This document shows, one piece after another, positions 35,401 to 48,944 of a stretch of DNA of 64,000 bases. The stretch is from Pelomyxa schiedti. Taxonomy: Eukaryota > Protista > Evosea. The stretch covers positions 1 through 64,000 of the forward strand of contig JAHLWZ010000796.1 in assembly GCA_020536535.1 (NCBI GenBank), in the 5' to 3' direction. A program made the translations under genes and the position numbers. The notes beneath the pieces are model-generated. The model was not told where the DNA came from and did no database searches. It was given only the letters and a program-made list of their open reading frames with translations. Each line of letters starts with the position of its first letter. Position 1 is the first letter of the stretch.

Positions 35401-38400
35401 TGATGAAGTAGGTCTACTCTCAGTTGCTGGTGACAGAGCCGGCACATTCTCGGGTGGCATGAAGCGGCGGCTTGCTGTTGCAATGTCTCTTGTTGGTGAC
35501 CCACGTATTGTATGGCGTTTCTGTTGTTGGTAACAGATTGAAAACCAACCACCCAAAGGTAATGATGGATGAACCATCCACAGGGATGGATCTGGTCAAT
35601 AGGCAAAAAATGTGGGAATGTATACAATCCCTGAAAAAGAATCGCACAATCATCCTCACAACACATTCCATGGAGGTATCCAACCTAATATTTAGAACCT
35701 CCTCCTGTCTTCCCTCACATTAAATTTCGTAGGAAGCTGAAGGTTCCACATTTTTCATGTTTAACTGGAATTTAATTGAAACTTCCAGTTCTGGGAGACA
35801 GAATAGGGATAATGGCTCGGGGGAGGTTAAGATGTTTGGGGACACCAACTCATCTGAAAACCAAGAATGGCCTCTTTTTCTCACACAGATAACTAACACA
35901 TAAAAAAGATACGGAACTGGATATCATGTTTCTATCGTTAATAACTGCAAAGACAATGTAGTCAAGCAAGAGACAATTTCCCGAGTAACTGAATGTGTTG
36001 GAAAAGATGCAATTCTATCCTCGGATGAGGGAGGTAATATGGTTTTCACAATACCGCCACAGTGCGTGCCCCTTCTTCCGAATTTAATAGCCCTACTTGT
36101 ACAACTTGCTTCCTCTGGAGTTGTCCAGGTTCCTACTTATTTCTTTCCTTTGGCAATCTGATGCCCTGGTAGGAATGGGGTGTATCTCAATCAAGCCTTG
36201 AAGACGTTTTCCTTTCCATTTCTAAGAAATATCCTGCCGAAAAGGATGAAGAAGGACTTTCAGCTCCACATGAAACTCAAACAGCCACCGCAACTGGGGC
36301 ATCTGATAATAAATACACTGTACCCGCAACACCATCACGACTATCCCGTTACCTATCTATGACTCGTGCACTAGTACTGAAAAATGCATCACTGCAACTG
36401 AGGCAAAAAGTATATCCCAATTGAAATTCAAATTGTATAATCTAAATTCAGGGCACAAATATCTGCCAAATTATAACTCCAATATTCGTGTTGCTTACTA
36501 TGCTACTAATTCAACTGATTCTTCAATCACAACTTGGCAGTAATGCCTCTTCTGAAATATGTATTTAACCTTCCGCTCTTAATTGTCTTTACATTATACA
36601 GATATGAAAACTGCACCCTTTCCCCTAAACACGGATCTCAGTCATATTGGCTCCTTGAGGGAAATTCACTCTGATCATGACATTGAGTTTACCTCCTTTT
36701 TGGAAGATAGTGCCCCCAGTGATGGAGGATGTTTACTGTTCTTCCTTTTTGAAGACACTTTTTCAAGTGTTCCAGCAGGAGTACTGCCTGAATACAACAG
36801 CAGTCAAAAGTAACCTCCACGCCTTGCCGTAAGGTTACTGAGTTCAAATTTAGATCTGGTCTTATCGGTAATATAAAACAACATCAATGTATACTGGACA
36901 ATGGCACTGTTGTACTTGCACCTTATTTTCTACCGAGAGAAAACGCTTCAGTAATTGATAAAGAATTTGCTGATGATTTCGAGGTATTCAAATAGTAGGA
37001 CCACGGAGTTAGCTTAATGTCCTTGTAGGTCTATAACAAGGCTCCAATTACCAATGTAACAACCCCTCCAATGTGGTACCTGGCTCCTGATGGAAGTATA
37101 TCTTCCCTCTTATTTCCTTCGGTTTTTTCATCTCTCACAGGTGTGAAATTCCACGCCATAAACATCGATCTTCATCAGTTGAATTATACTTTAGCCGTAA
37201 ATGATCACGCCATAATAGCTTACCATAGACCAAACAATTTCACCCGCTTGGATATAAGTGGAGTATATTTCTATTGAAACCCTCCACTGATTATATTTTA
37301 GATGCTACAGCAGAAGAACTTGAGGTAGACATCTCCTATCTCTCCATTATAGTGCAAGGTAGATTTGCACTCATGAGCATGATTGATGATGCTTTTACCG
37401 CAATGATAACCAACACAACTCCAACAACTTCCTGGTCCTTCAGGGAGGCAAAATGGGTCCAGGTATGTAACTGCACCTGCACCCAATTCTTTTATATTTA
37501 ATGGGACAAAGGCCATGCCCTACTTCAAATACGCAGACTCGATGGCGCTGCTGGAAGCTGTAGGCACAGTTCTGTATCCTCTCGCTCTTGTCCTGCAACT
37601 ACCAATATGTGATCTTTCGGGAACATTTCTTTCATTACCTCACATTTCCAGATATCTATATACTGGTGATGGAGAAGGAAGAACAGCTTTTGTCGTTGAT
37701 GCAAGTTCATGGACTTCAAAAGCCATTTTATGTCATTGTCAATTCAGTTTTTTTCTTTGTAAGTGTTTTCTTTCATCTAAGATTGCGCACCTGACTATTG
37801 AAGTTCTTTTATTCTGTGTCTGTTGCATTTTTCTGGATTACGGGTGCATTCTTAGATATAAGACTCTTTTCACAAACAAGCCCAGGGACTCTCATAGTCT
37901 TCTTCCTTGGGTACAACAAACAAAACTCCCTATTATAATGTATTGATTTTCACGACAGGTGGGGGATGGCGTTAATTGCATTTGCTTTCTTCGTGGCTTC
38001 ATTCCTTACTTCCAAGAGGGCTGCAACCATAGTTGGTTACCTGATTGCCCTATTGGGGACAATTATCGGTTTTATGATCGTTGCTTATGTGTATGGTGTC
38101 TTTACATGGAGTGTATCCCACCGAATGCCGCCCGGTCTACTGCTTGTCCCTCAGATTGCTCTGATAAGAGGTATCTTCTTGATGAATGCAGCTTGTGCTT
38201 TGTTGTATCAGTGCTATGGTCCGCTCACGGACATGCCTTTTGAAAATGAAATGAGTAACGTTCTGGTGTGATTTCCTCGCAATTCTGGTTGGAAAGGATA
38301 CTCACTTTTATGCTAGATTTCCCTTTTCGTGGATACCATTTTGTACTTTATTTTGGCATTGTACCTGGAAGCTGTACTACCCCAAGGCACAGGTAATGCA

Positions 38401-40070
38401 ATTTAATTTTTCCTTTGCCATCATTTCCAACTGAAAACAGGAGTTCCTTCTCATCCTCTTTTCTTCTTGCAACCGATTGTTGATCGGATTAAAAAGTTGA
38501 GGAACAAAAAAACACATGCCAGCCATGAATACTCATCACTTCCTACAACATTGCCTTCTTCTATGGAGCCCATTGCGGATATTGATGCCCAAGAAGAGCA
38601 AAACAAAGTTGCTACAGGCTAGTATGTTTGAGAGGTGACCAACTTGCAACTTATCGCTTTCTTCAGCTACCATGACAGTCCCCTTGTCATATCAGCTCTA
38701 TCAAAAAGTTTCCCTCCAAAAAGTGGTTCAAACAAGCCGTACCAGGTGAAAGAAGCTTAGGTATCTTGCTCTAATGTACAACAGGCCGTAAAGAATTTGT
38801 CTCTTGGAGTTTGTGCTGGCGAATGCTTGGTAAACACTGTGTCCCTTTTTCTTAAGAATAACGGCACACAAGGGCTTGTTGGGTGAAAACGGAGCCGGCA
38901 AGACAACAACGGTACCTTATGGCTTTCATACTTTTACTTACTATTTTTGAAGATATCAATGCTTACAGGCACACTGAAACCTACCAGTGGCACGGCGTTT
39001 GTTGCTGGCAAATGGGACATAACTAAAGACCTAATGGAAATTCATTCCTTGATTGGTGTCTGTCCCCAGTTCAGTATTCTATGGGAGGAGTTGACTTGCA
39101 GAGAGATTCTCTTGTTCTTTGCCCGCCTTAAGGTTGGTTAGGTAAGATAGACAACCACTTAATTTCTTGAAGGGTGTGCAGAGAAAGATTGAGAAAGCTG
39201 TGGTGACTGAGTGCCTTGATAGGTTCAGACTTCTTCCCGTAGCAACTAGACTTGTAAAGGTAAGAGCTTTTCTTAGAATAACAGCAAGAAACTGACGTTT
39301 CCTAACATACAATACCAAGAACCTGAGTGGGGGTATGAAAAGAAGGCTGAGCGTTGGAATTGCGGTAATTGGAGACCCTAAGATTGTCTTTTTGGATGAA
39401 CCCACAACTGGTCTTGACCCGGCTAGCCGGCGCGTCTTGTGGGAAGCCATTGCAAGTGCAAGGTTTGGCAGCACAGTACTGCAAATTGGAATAATACTTT
39501 CTTTAGGCAAGGAAGAGCTATGATTTTAACAACACACAGCATGGAAGAAGCAGAGACTCTGTGTAACAAGATAGCAATAATGTCGAAAGGAACATTACAG
39601 TGCATAGGGTCACCTCTGCACTTGAAGAACAAATACGACAAGGGCTATCGCCTCACAATCAACTTCAGCGAAGAAGATGCAGAAAGGGCACATGAATTTA
39701 TAATGACACTCATTCCCTCCGTGTGCACTTCAACCATGGAGTGAAGCAGAAGCTAACCAAAGAAAAAGGTTGAAGAAACACCTAAGACATTTAGAGGTGT
39801 CAGGGTCTATAAGCTACAGTCACCTGACGAAGAGCTCACAAATGTGTTTAGACTAATGATGACTCGCCAGTATTTCTCCTCCTCAATATGTACTTGTGTA
39901 ATCCTCTCTAGTGATCACGAGCGAGAGAACTTGATAACAGACTGGAGCATTGGTCAAATAGGTCTCGGCGATGTCTTCCAGGTAGCATCATCCAGCTTGT
40001 TATTTGCCCTCTAAATCCATACAAGCACATTGTAGAGCAGAGCCACACAGCTCCCACAGAAAAACCCTAG
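32432..40070 (+). CDS. Full-length ABCA-subfamily transporter (2 TMD + 2 NBD); roughly 40 or more exons
   Basis: [43 protein letters not shown] and THSMEEAE. The second half has [34 protein letters not shown] and LHLKNKY. Stop TAG 40068-40070. Confidence 0.93.
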
Positions 40071-40143
40071 TCTTATCTCTGTAGACACAAAACAAAATTT
40101 TGGAAATAGAATAAAAAAAGGAATAGGACTGTTCTTTCTTTTT

Positions 40144-41877
40144 CTATGAATCGTCAGGTGGGGGTTCTTCCGAAAGGAAAAGGCTTTCGTCCAAAGCACC
40201 CGTGGCATTTACTGGTTCAACAGGCGGCCGAGTCTCGTCACTTGTTGGCGTTGGGGTTGTTGGGCCATCCGACGTTGTTTCTGTGGAGGTTGAGGTTGTA
40301 GTGGAGCTTGTTGTTGTACTCGTGCTTGTTGAGGTGCTTGTGGAAGAGTCGGCTGCCGGTGTTGTGGTTGCTGATGGTGCAGTATTTCTGGGGATGAATC
40401 TGCTGGGGTCAACGATTTCCGATTCCGGTACACCAAGCTCAATTGCGGCAGCGTTTAGTTCACGTTGAAGGGAAAGCTGGGAGGTGTGAGTTTTGGGGGA
40501 AAAAAGAGGGAAAGGAAGGCTACTGCTTGCTCTGTATCGTAAGCTTCAGTGTCTTGAACAAGTTCAGTGGAGAGGAGAGAATCCTCTTCATCCACAAATA
40601 CATCTGGGTTGTAAACGAGGAGCTCACGTCCACTCATGAAAGATTTGCCGGCTGCTATCTCTCTTTCACGAGCTTCCTTATCTTTTACTGCCTTTTCAGC
40701 CTAGGAAATGTGAACGTGGGAAGTCAGGTTAGCGGAAAGTTAACCTTGGCAATTTCCTTATCGTGCTTCCATCTCAAAAACGATTCTTTGGTAACTTGTT
40801 CACCTCCGCGGAGTTTTCTTCTCTAAATGTTATTAGTAACTAGTTCGAGTGTTAGGAAAAAAATCACACCTCCGTTTCAATTTGCTCTTCTATCGTTTCT
40901 TGTTCCTCCTCCTCAGGGTCTTTTATTTCTCCCTTTCGTTTAATAACAAATCCGGGAGGAAGAGCGTGAACATATTTGCACCCTTCTCCATTAGGGCACT
41001 CCCAAAACCATCCATATCTTGAGGCTTCAACAGCTTCAAGAAAGTGGTGACAAACCTGGAAAAGATTGGAAAACAAACGGGCAGGGAATAAAGATACTGT
41101 TTTTATAGTGGCAGTTTTATTTCCTGCACCATGTTTCAGTCCCACAACTCGTTCCAGCTCAGTTTGGTCCCAGGCATCCATCGAATCTGCAGCCGCAGAT
41201 CCTGAAGTACAGTGTTGAGTTGGGTACTACTTAAAGATAATTTGATGGTGCAAGTGCAACAATCAGCTTTACAGGGTGTGCACCACCATCGCTTTACCGG
41301 AATATCAGTTTTGATGTTTGGGGGTCACCTTTTGCAACGTCTCTGCGATCCGTGTAAAGATCGATTTTCTCAGACTTGCGTGCCACAGCAAGGTCATGGG
41401 CGAATTTACATTTAGCTCCCTTCATGCACTGTCCGACTTTCCAAAGCTCACAAACGAAGGACTTGGGATCCACACCTGCATACTTTTTTTAAAAAATAAT
41501 GGTTATTATTAACTCTTTTCGGCTACCTGGGGGTACTTTCGGTTGTTGCACAACAGGTTTAAATAACGCTTGCAATTCCTTCTGCCTTTGCTCTTCGGCC
41601 TTTTTTTCTTCCTACGGTGGAAAGAAAGAAGCCCACAAACGAAGTGAGACTAACAGAAAGAAAAAAGCGAGGGGAAAACCTTCCGCTTGCGTGCCTCTTC
41701 TTGCGCCCTCCTGTCAACTTGATTTACTCTCGTAGCAACCGTTTCCACATATTGTTGGACTTTCTTCGACTTGTTTTTGTTCTTGAGACCAAAGGTCTTG
41801 TCTTCGATGATCTTTTTCTTCTCCTTCTCCACCGTTTTTCTGCTCGGCCCTCCTCCTGCGCCTCCTTTCTTCGGCAT
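40144..41877 (-). CDS. ZC3H15: CCCH zinc-finger DRG regulatory protein (ZC3H15/DFRP1/Tma46); multi-exon
   Basis: [65 protein letters not shown] and C-terminal DESLFL. Confidence 0.93.
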
Positions 41878-42211
41878 TTCTTTGTGTTTGTCTGTGGTCG
41901 GTGTGTCTGTGTTTCAAGTGTGCGATGCGGTACCGCGGCACCTCAGATCTGGTCTTGGTTTATTATAATTTCTGATTCAATCAAATTCTCGCAATTAAAA
42001 CAAAAAAAATCGTCTAGAATGTACATTACTCCCCTGCACCGCGGTAAGAGGGAGTAATTAGGAGATAATAAAAGAGTGGCAGGTTCTTTTTTCATTTAAG
42101 TGAGTTCATTTTCCCAACAAACCCAAGGAGGAACAAGCCACAACAAAGCGGGAGATCTCCACAAAAGGGCCAAAAAGGTGCTTTTGGCCAGTGAGGGAAG
42201 GAAAGGGAACT

Positions 42212-42649
42212 CTATCTTGACTGTACAGAGTAATTCAACCTGGGCATTGTGATAGTAAGGCATTGGGCTACTACTTGGGATAAATTTCGGCATACAATTT
42301 CTCAATCAAACTAACGTGAGTCAGAAGCATACGTCGGCAACAGTACCGCTTAAGTTGAAGCACATCTAGCGCCTCTCTTTGGTTTTTGTGTGCGTTAGAG
42401 AAACCAGTGGTTACTGTCAAAACAAGGCGGCATACCCTTCCGTGAAATCGTGGTTAAGCATAGAGATGTACCCTTCCCACTTGTTCCCAATAACCTCAAC
42501 CCCGAGTTAGCCGTCAAACAAACAAACAAAAAAAATACTAAGCCCTCCGGCCACCAACGAAAAAATGATACACAACTACAGCACGATGTATACGAACTCG
42601 GACGACAACGAACCTTGCCACACGTGAAGCACCGTATGGGTATGATCAT
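42212..42649 (-). CDS. RPB10: RNA polymerases I/II/III shared subunit RPB10 (RPABC5); 4 coding exons and a probable 5'UTR intron at 42669-42754
   Basis: [12 protein letters not shown]|VIGNKW..EG|[27 protein letters not shown]|LNY. The upstream GTACGT...TACTAACAG has intron-like signals. Confidence 0.96.
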
Positions 42650-42851
42650 CGCTTATTACTTTCTAGATCTGTTAGTAGATCCAATCCACTTTGTGCAACT
42701 GAACACCCTCTGAGTATTTCCCTCCAGTAACACACAACCTACACTCCCACGTACGGAGAAAAGAAAGATCTCCCCTCCACAGTCCGACGGACTCTGTGAT
42801 CGCTTCCAACTTCCATCAGGGAAAGCTGCAGATCTTCGAAAAGACAAAAGA

Positions 42852-43822
42852 ATGAACGTGCCTGAGGAGGTGGTGCGTGGGATTGCTACCTTGGCCGAGG
42901 GTCCATTGGCCGCTGGTAGTATCGATGTCGAATAATTATTTCCTTTTGCTCTTGGTGTTTGGTGGAGTTTATTTAAAAAACAAACCAATTGGCGTGTAGA
43001 CGCGCCATTTCACGGGTTGGTTGATTGCACGTTCGCTATACTTACGAGGGAGAGGCCAAAGGAGTGCCTCCAAGGTTTGTAGTTCGAACAGAAGCTTTTT
43101 TCTTTTCTTTTTTTCATCCTCACAATAAGAATAGAATGCAAGCCACTGTTGACAGTTGACCCAATAATTGTGAAACAGGGCCACTCTGTTCTTGTCTCCA
43201 TAGTTTTGGAAGCTGCAAAAGAAAATCTTGATGTATCAGCTCTAAAGCATGTCTCCAGTAGTGTTCTTCAGGAACTGACATCAACAAAATTAAAAAAACA
43301 AAAAAATCGTAGGGGTTTGCTTGAGGACCAGGCCATGAAGCCAGCCAATGTAGAGTATGTGTGTAGCAGATATGAAGAACGCGTTATGCAAATACGTGGT
43401 ACCCTCCTCAGCCACAGCACCTTCAACTTTCCACACATTGTTGCCCTTGATTGGCGCCTGGATTTTTACATTAAATCCAACTCAATTGAGAGAGCTCCTT
43501 GTCCAGTTTATTTCATTCGCCTTACCACACTGGTATTCTGCTCTACCAAACACAACACTTAAAATAATACTCTCATACGGGTGTCACTTTTTTGCCCTGT
43601 AACCAGTTACAAGTATTCTAACAAATTCCAGGAAACCGGAGGCAAGACTGGTTTCATAGAGTTCACTTGTTCTTGGGAAGAACTGCAAGACCTACTAAAC
43701 AAACTGAAGGTGAGTGCCTTAAACAAACAACTAACATTACAAACCTTTTGGAATTTTTCTAATATTCAAACCACTAGGACGCCACCAAACAGGTCGAGAG
43801 ATCAGCTGCCGCCTTCAGTTAG
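42852..43822 (+). CDS. COMMD3: COMM domain-containing protein 3; multi-exon
   Basis: Spliced MNVPEEVVRGIATLA..VDPIIVKQGH..LEAAK..LLED..FPHIVALDWRLDFYIKSN..IEFTCSWEELQDLLNKLKDA matches the COMMD3 pattern. Confidence 0.88.
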
Positions 43823-43976
43823 AAATTTTAACAAAAAAAAAAATAACAAACACCCCTTGTAACTTTTCACTTTGGCGTTTGTCTCTGGCGTACAAACGAA
43901 AATTTCTCTTCTCGTAACATCGGTTGTCATTGGCAGGGGAGTAAATTAGATTTTTTGGCACGTGCGTGGTTTTGTA

Positions 43977-46900
43977 ATGGGATCTGGTGCATCGGTGTGC
44001 ATGTCATGAAGCTACAGTTTATTTCATTTAAATAAAACAAAACCCTCACACACCACACGCACAGACACAACAACAGCAGGAGCACACGGACATTGGTTCT
44101 GCAGAGGCACCAAGCAGCACCCCTCGTCATGGGACTGGAGAGGAAAGTGAAGGAGGAGATCACGGGAGAAGTAGCGGGGCAACAACGCAGTCGCATGCAA
44201 AGAGGAGCATGCAGTTGGAAAAGGTACTTTCCTTTGTGGTGCACGACAGAGATGTGGAGGAACTCGTCAGCGTATTTGTCAACAATAAGTGTGTTGAAAC
44301 GTTGAGAGAGTGCAAGTACTGTGTGACAGCGCAACCGCGAGGTCTGCATAACTCCAACAACACCCAGAAATCAACTATACAAAGGAACCTCTGCCATGTC
44401 ATTTGCTATTAACTTTGTCAATATGGTAAGAGAGCGGCAGGATGCGTTCATGGCTGGATATCCTACAGACCCCTTAATATCCTTACTAAATTCTACGTAT
44501 GAGTCTTAGCTATGTTACACACTGTAATCTGTACCTACTGTAGATATATCCACATCGACTTGAATACACTCATGGCTCCATCTGAAGATGGTCCTAAGAC
44601 ACTCTCAGCAGCATTGCAGTATCTCGTTGCAACATCAGTTTCTTCTGGTTTATCACATACAAAGCCCTCCTCATGGAAGGTATTCATGAACAACACAGCA
44701 GCAAAGTATGAGTTATTACACCGTAATTTCAGGTCTACTCTACCTTGGCAATGTCGAGCATTGAAGAGCACCTTCGCAACGTCACCAAGGATATTGTCAC
44801 TTCCACTCCTACAAACCTACTTAATTAATACACATTTGACAGAATATTTCATTATTGCTACATTTCGATAATATTCATGTCATTGAAGAAAAAAAATATG
44901 CTTCGTACTTTGGGGCTCCCTCAAATAATCGTATCTTTCCTTTTGTTTTTCCTTCTGCCTTACAAGTATCAAAGAGTGTGTTGTTAATGGTGTCATTGTG
45001 GACACAACACAAGCTCAGAGGCAACTTGACATGTGGGATTGCCTTGCTCCATGTCTCCTGATTCCCAGAGTGCACATTTACCTCAGTGGAGACACAGTTG
45101 CTCCTCTTTGTGTTGGATATGGCATGCTCGGAGCTGAGGCAGCCCAGACTCGCTTTCACCACTTGTGCTTGGATCCACTATGGCCGCAAGACATTCGAAA
45201 AGCTTCCTTATCTACATGCATGCAGTCAACGTAAGAGTTATTTGTCTTTCTCTTTCTCTTTTCTGAATATTACACACTAAAATCTTCCAGGAAGGTATCA
45301 ATTCATGATGCTCTTGGCTTGAACTACACAGCGTGTAGATGCATTTTTGAGTACACAGCTGGAATTCCCGCTGTTGTGCACGAGACATTTGGTTGTTCCA
45401 TGTATTCGAGTCTCTAATTTGTAACCTCATTCAGAGTTGCTTTGGATGCACAAACGTGCAAATCGCACAGTTGACTACACAAATGAAACTGTTCTCCGTA
45501 ATGTGATGGACACAGTAGTGTGTGCATCACTGGTAAACAAGCCTTTCCATTGTTTATATGGACTTCCAGATTCTATTCCCGACCAAGCTCTGCCACTCCT
45601 TTCACATGTTGTGGCACTTTCCTCCATGGGTACCCCTTCTAGAATTTCTTTCTCTAAAATTTTTCCTGTTTTGCAGGCGCCACTATATCTCTTTCAAAGC
45701 CCTTTTTCACACAAAACACACGAGTGCCCTTTGTATATTTTCTTGGAGCACTTGGCGCTGTTGTGTGTTATAGAACCTAATAATTCCATATCTCACAATG
45801 ACAAGTTTGCACGAGGCGATTCCCAAGACTCATGCACTCTATTTTGGCCAAAATGTGTGCTCCGAGCCATTTTTCGCCCAGTTTTTCGGGAGATGCATAA
45901 AATCCCATTTTGGTACAATCCCACGTTTCTGTCCCCAAGTCTCACAGTTTACAAGGAAACCTGCTCCTTTCGATCCCGCTGTAACTCTTGAATGTTGGTT
46001 TTCTTCTCACTATTTAACCATATAGTTAACTGCTTTCAAAGCTCCCTTTCTTAATACAATTGGCGTTATGGATGTGACTACCCAACCACCACCACCTCAA
46101 TTGCGTCCTCCGATACAGCAACAATCTCAACCAGGCTCAACTCCCCACCCACCCAACAATATGGCTCCATCTGCAACTGAATCAACACCAACAGCTCAGA
46201 TCACACCAACTGTATCCCCACAGCAGCTGAGCACTAGTTCTAGTCAGCATACTACCTTTAGTGACGTTTACTTCTTTCTGAGGGATACTGCACTAGCCAA
46301 AATTCCTTTTTGTGCCCATCCCCCTCTACTACAACAACAGTCTCATTCGGGTCAAATGGCAACATCGCCTTCCATGCAATCTCTGACAGCAGTTCCAGGT
46401 ACAAACAAAAGGGTTGTGAATTCTTAACAATTCCTCCCCCTCGAAAAGTGGACGTTGGCCCAGTATCTGATCTCTTGATGGAAGATTACAATGTTCCAGT
46501 TGATAGGAATCAGGGGACACCACACATAATGTGGAAAAATTGGCCTCAGATAAGATTGTACCTGCTGTCCAAAGTATGCCCTCTCTAATACACTTCTTTT
46601 CTCCTTTTTAATTGTACATCCTATCAATACTACAGGAGAATGACTTCAAGGAATCAAAACCGCCTCTAACTCCATCATCCGTTCCAAGAAGCAGGCCTCA
46701 AGATAAATCCTCTACCACAGGGACGACTGGCGACAATAATTCGCCAACAGAGCAATTTTCCTCCTGTGGTGGACTAGATAAGTGCTACTCTGCGTGGTTT
46801 CAACGGGAAGACCATCCTCTAGGATTGAGTATCATACGTGCCGAAGTCGAAAATTTCAATGCTGTTTGTACCATTCCATATTCTCCTCGATTTTTAATGT

Positions 46901-48863
46901 ACCCAGATTGTACAATCAGTCACGAAACGCAGAACTGCCGCGGTTTTAGTTATCATTGCGTTGTCAATCAAGGAAAGATTGGCAAAGCTGTTCAACCAAG
47001 ATGGATACTTATGTAGGATTTCACGAAAGAATAAATTGTTAATTCGGACAGATATACCCCCTGGCACTCATGGAATCAACCGATCGACAGGAAAACTACA
47101 ATCTTTGTCCAAGGAGAAGCTCAACGAGCTCCGGCTAAAATCAAAGCACAAGGCTGTAACGCAGTTCGCCGACTCTATCGAGGCCGGAAGGAAGAAAAGG
47201 CTTGGGCAATTGGCAACTAAGTTTATTGCTATTCTATTTACTTTTATTCTTACATCTGTTACTTGTATTTCAGTGAGACAAAGGATACTACAAATGGTAT
47301 TGTTGTTCTGTTGTTCTTCTGAACTTATAAGGGTTACACTCTTAGTTAATACAAGTCAAAATTCTGTACCTCCGACGCTCCCCTTTTTAATGTCGGTTTC
47401 CCCTACCAGCACGCCCACTGCTTTGCCTTCTCTGAAAGCTCCTTTAAAACCAAGTGGAAAACCCAAGCTCCCGGCATTGAACATATCAGCAGGTAAAATA
47501 GACTGTAGTTTTTGTTTCTCTAATGTGTTTTTTTTGGAATCAGTCAAGTCAGACACCTCAGGCAAAATCGACAATGAATCAAGTTGTCCTTCTTTTCTGT
47601 ATCTTCATTCATGAATATGACAGATGTTTCACGACGCAACGCTTCAAAGCACGTCTGGATTCCGCAATTCATGGAGGTAGTTTTGGTCAATCCCCAGGGT
47701 CTTGCGCGCATTTTAGGAGTGGAGTGTGTATCTGCCCTCCTGGCAATGCATAAAAGCCATCTCCTATTCAATAGGCTAGAGACTTTACTCTCCTCATCCA
47801 GTATCTCCTTTCTCATTTCTTCCCGACAATATCATGATTTCCAACTTGTTTAGGCACTGTAGGAGTGATTGACCCATCGCTGTATGTTGTAAAACAGAGA
47901 ACGCCACTACAACCTGTTACACACGTGTCAAATCTTACCGATCCGAGCAAAAAAATCTATGGAGGCAGCCTACCCAAAGGGCTTTCTATAAGTGTAAATT
48001 CTTCCTTACACGAAGTTGGTACAACAGCTGGAACCACAGCTACTCACCTACAGCTGGATAAAAGTTACATGAGCTCAGATGTCCCTGTACCGACTATAAC
48101 AGAACCTTCACTTCCTTCTCCACGTGACCATCGAGCGCCACCACTACAGTCTCCACGTGACCTCAAAGTCTCACTTGTTTCTCCCAGAGATCTTAGACTG
48201 CAATCACCACGTGATTTGCGGTCATCTTTACCTTCTCCTCGTGACCACAGGACTGGACTTCCTTCGCCTCGTTCTCGTCCCATCGATGACCTCCCACAGG
48301 CAAGCACAACACCGCGCCAAAAGCAACTTCCGCCGCTGGCGCTTCCACCATCCGAATACCCATTGGCATCAAGCGTCACAGGCTCAACAACCAAACCTAG
48401 ATTAGCACCAGTGGCGGACAGACGTCCCTTCACCTTACACGATTCACTAACTCCACAAACTCTCCCTACAATCACACCTACTGCAAGTCTGTTGCAATTC
48501 AGACACACAGGTATTGATTTGTTTTCTACTCGAATAGCTCATGGAAAAACAGGCGCGGGAAGCAACAAGTACAGTATATGCATCATTCCAGAGAAGATTA
48601 AGAAAGGCTTTATCATCACGACATCCGATTCTCTTCTTGTCAATACACGGGAGCTGATAAATGAAGCAACGGACCTTGACGATAGGGTAATCCTGCCTGC
48701 TACTCCCTTAGTTTAGTCTCAGCTATTAAAATAGTTTGAGTTTGTGGACAACAGCGGTGATCCCGTTGAAGAGACTTCAGAAGAAATTTTCACTGTAGGC
48801 AGCATTGCGGAGCCCACAGAGGGCTTCCAAAGTTTCATTTTGTACATAAGGCTTTTGACTTAG
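43977..48863 (+). CDS. Large hypothetical protein with an N-myristoylation motif, SPR(D) repeats and a possible C-terminal ubiquitin-like domain; multi-exon
   Basis: First exon ATG GGA TCT GGT GCA TCG (MGSGAS) splices to 44065. A chain of GT-AG-bounded exons runs to TAG 48861-48863. It could be two genes. Confidence 0.55.
48110..48280 (+). repeat. Six tandem LxSPR(D) peptide repeats
   Basis: LPSPRDHR..LQSPRDLK..LVSPRDLRLQSPRDLR..LPSPRDHR..LPSPRSR. Confidence 0.8.
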
Positions 48864-48944
48864 AATTGTATTTCCGTAAGACGAACCTGTACAAACAAAT
48901 CACTTGCCTTCTTACGGGAAACAAAAAAAAAAAATTTTCCCTCC

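Noticed and set aside
30987-40070. CAF16-like ATPase and ABCA head-to-head as one transport system
   Set aside because: ABCA has its own two NBDs and CAF16-type proteins are soluble. Adjacency is unremarkable at this gene density.
42663-42906. Spliced 33-aa uORF (MDPRPRSAAF...IFLFSI*) ending 13 nt before the RPB10 ATG
   Set aside because: Its first exon lies antisense to the well-supported first coding exon of COMMD3 (ATG 42852), so it is probably fortuitous. Only the 5'UTR intron is retained.
48110-48280. Regularly spaced repeats considered as a CRISPR-like array
   Set aside because: They are short degenerate in-frame peptide repeats in a eukaryotic exon, with no cas genes.
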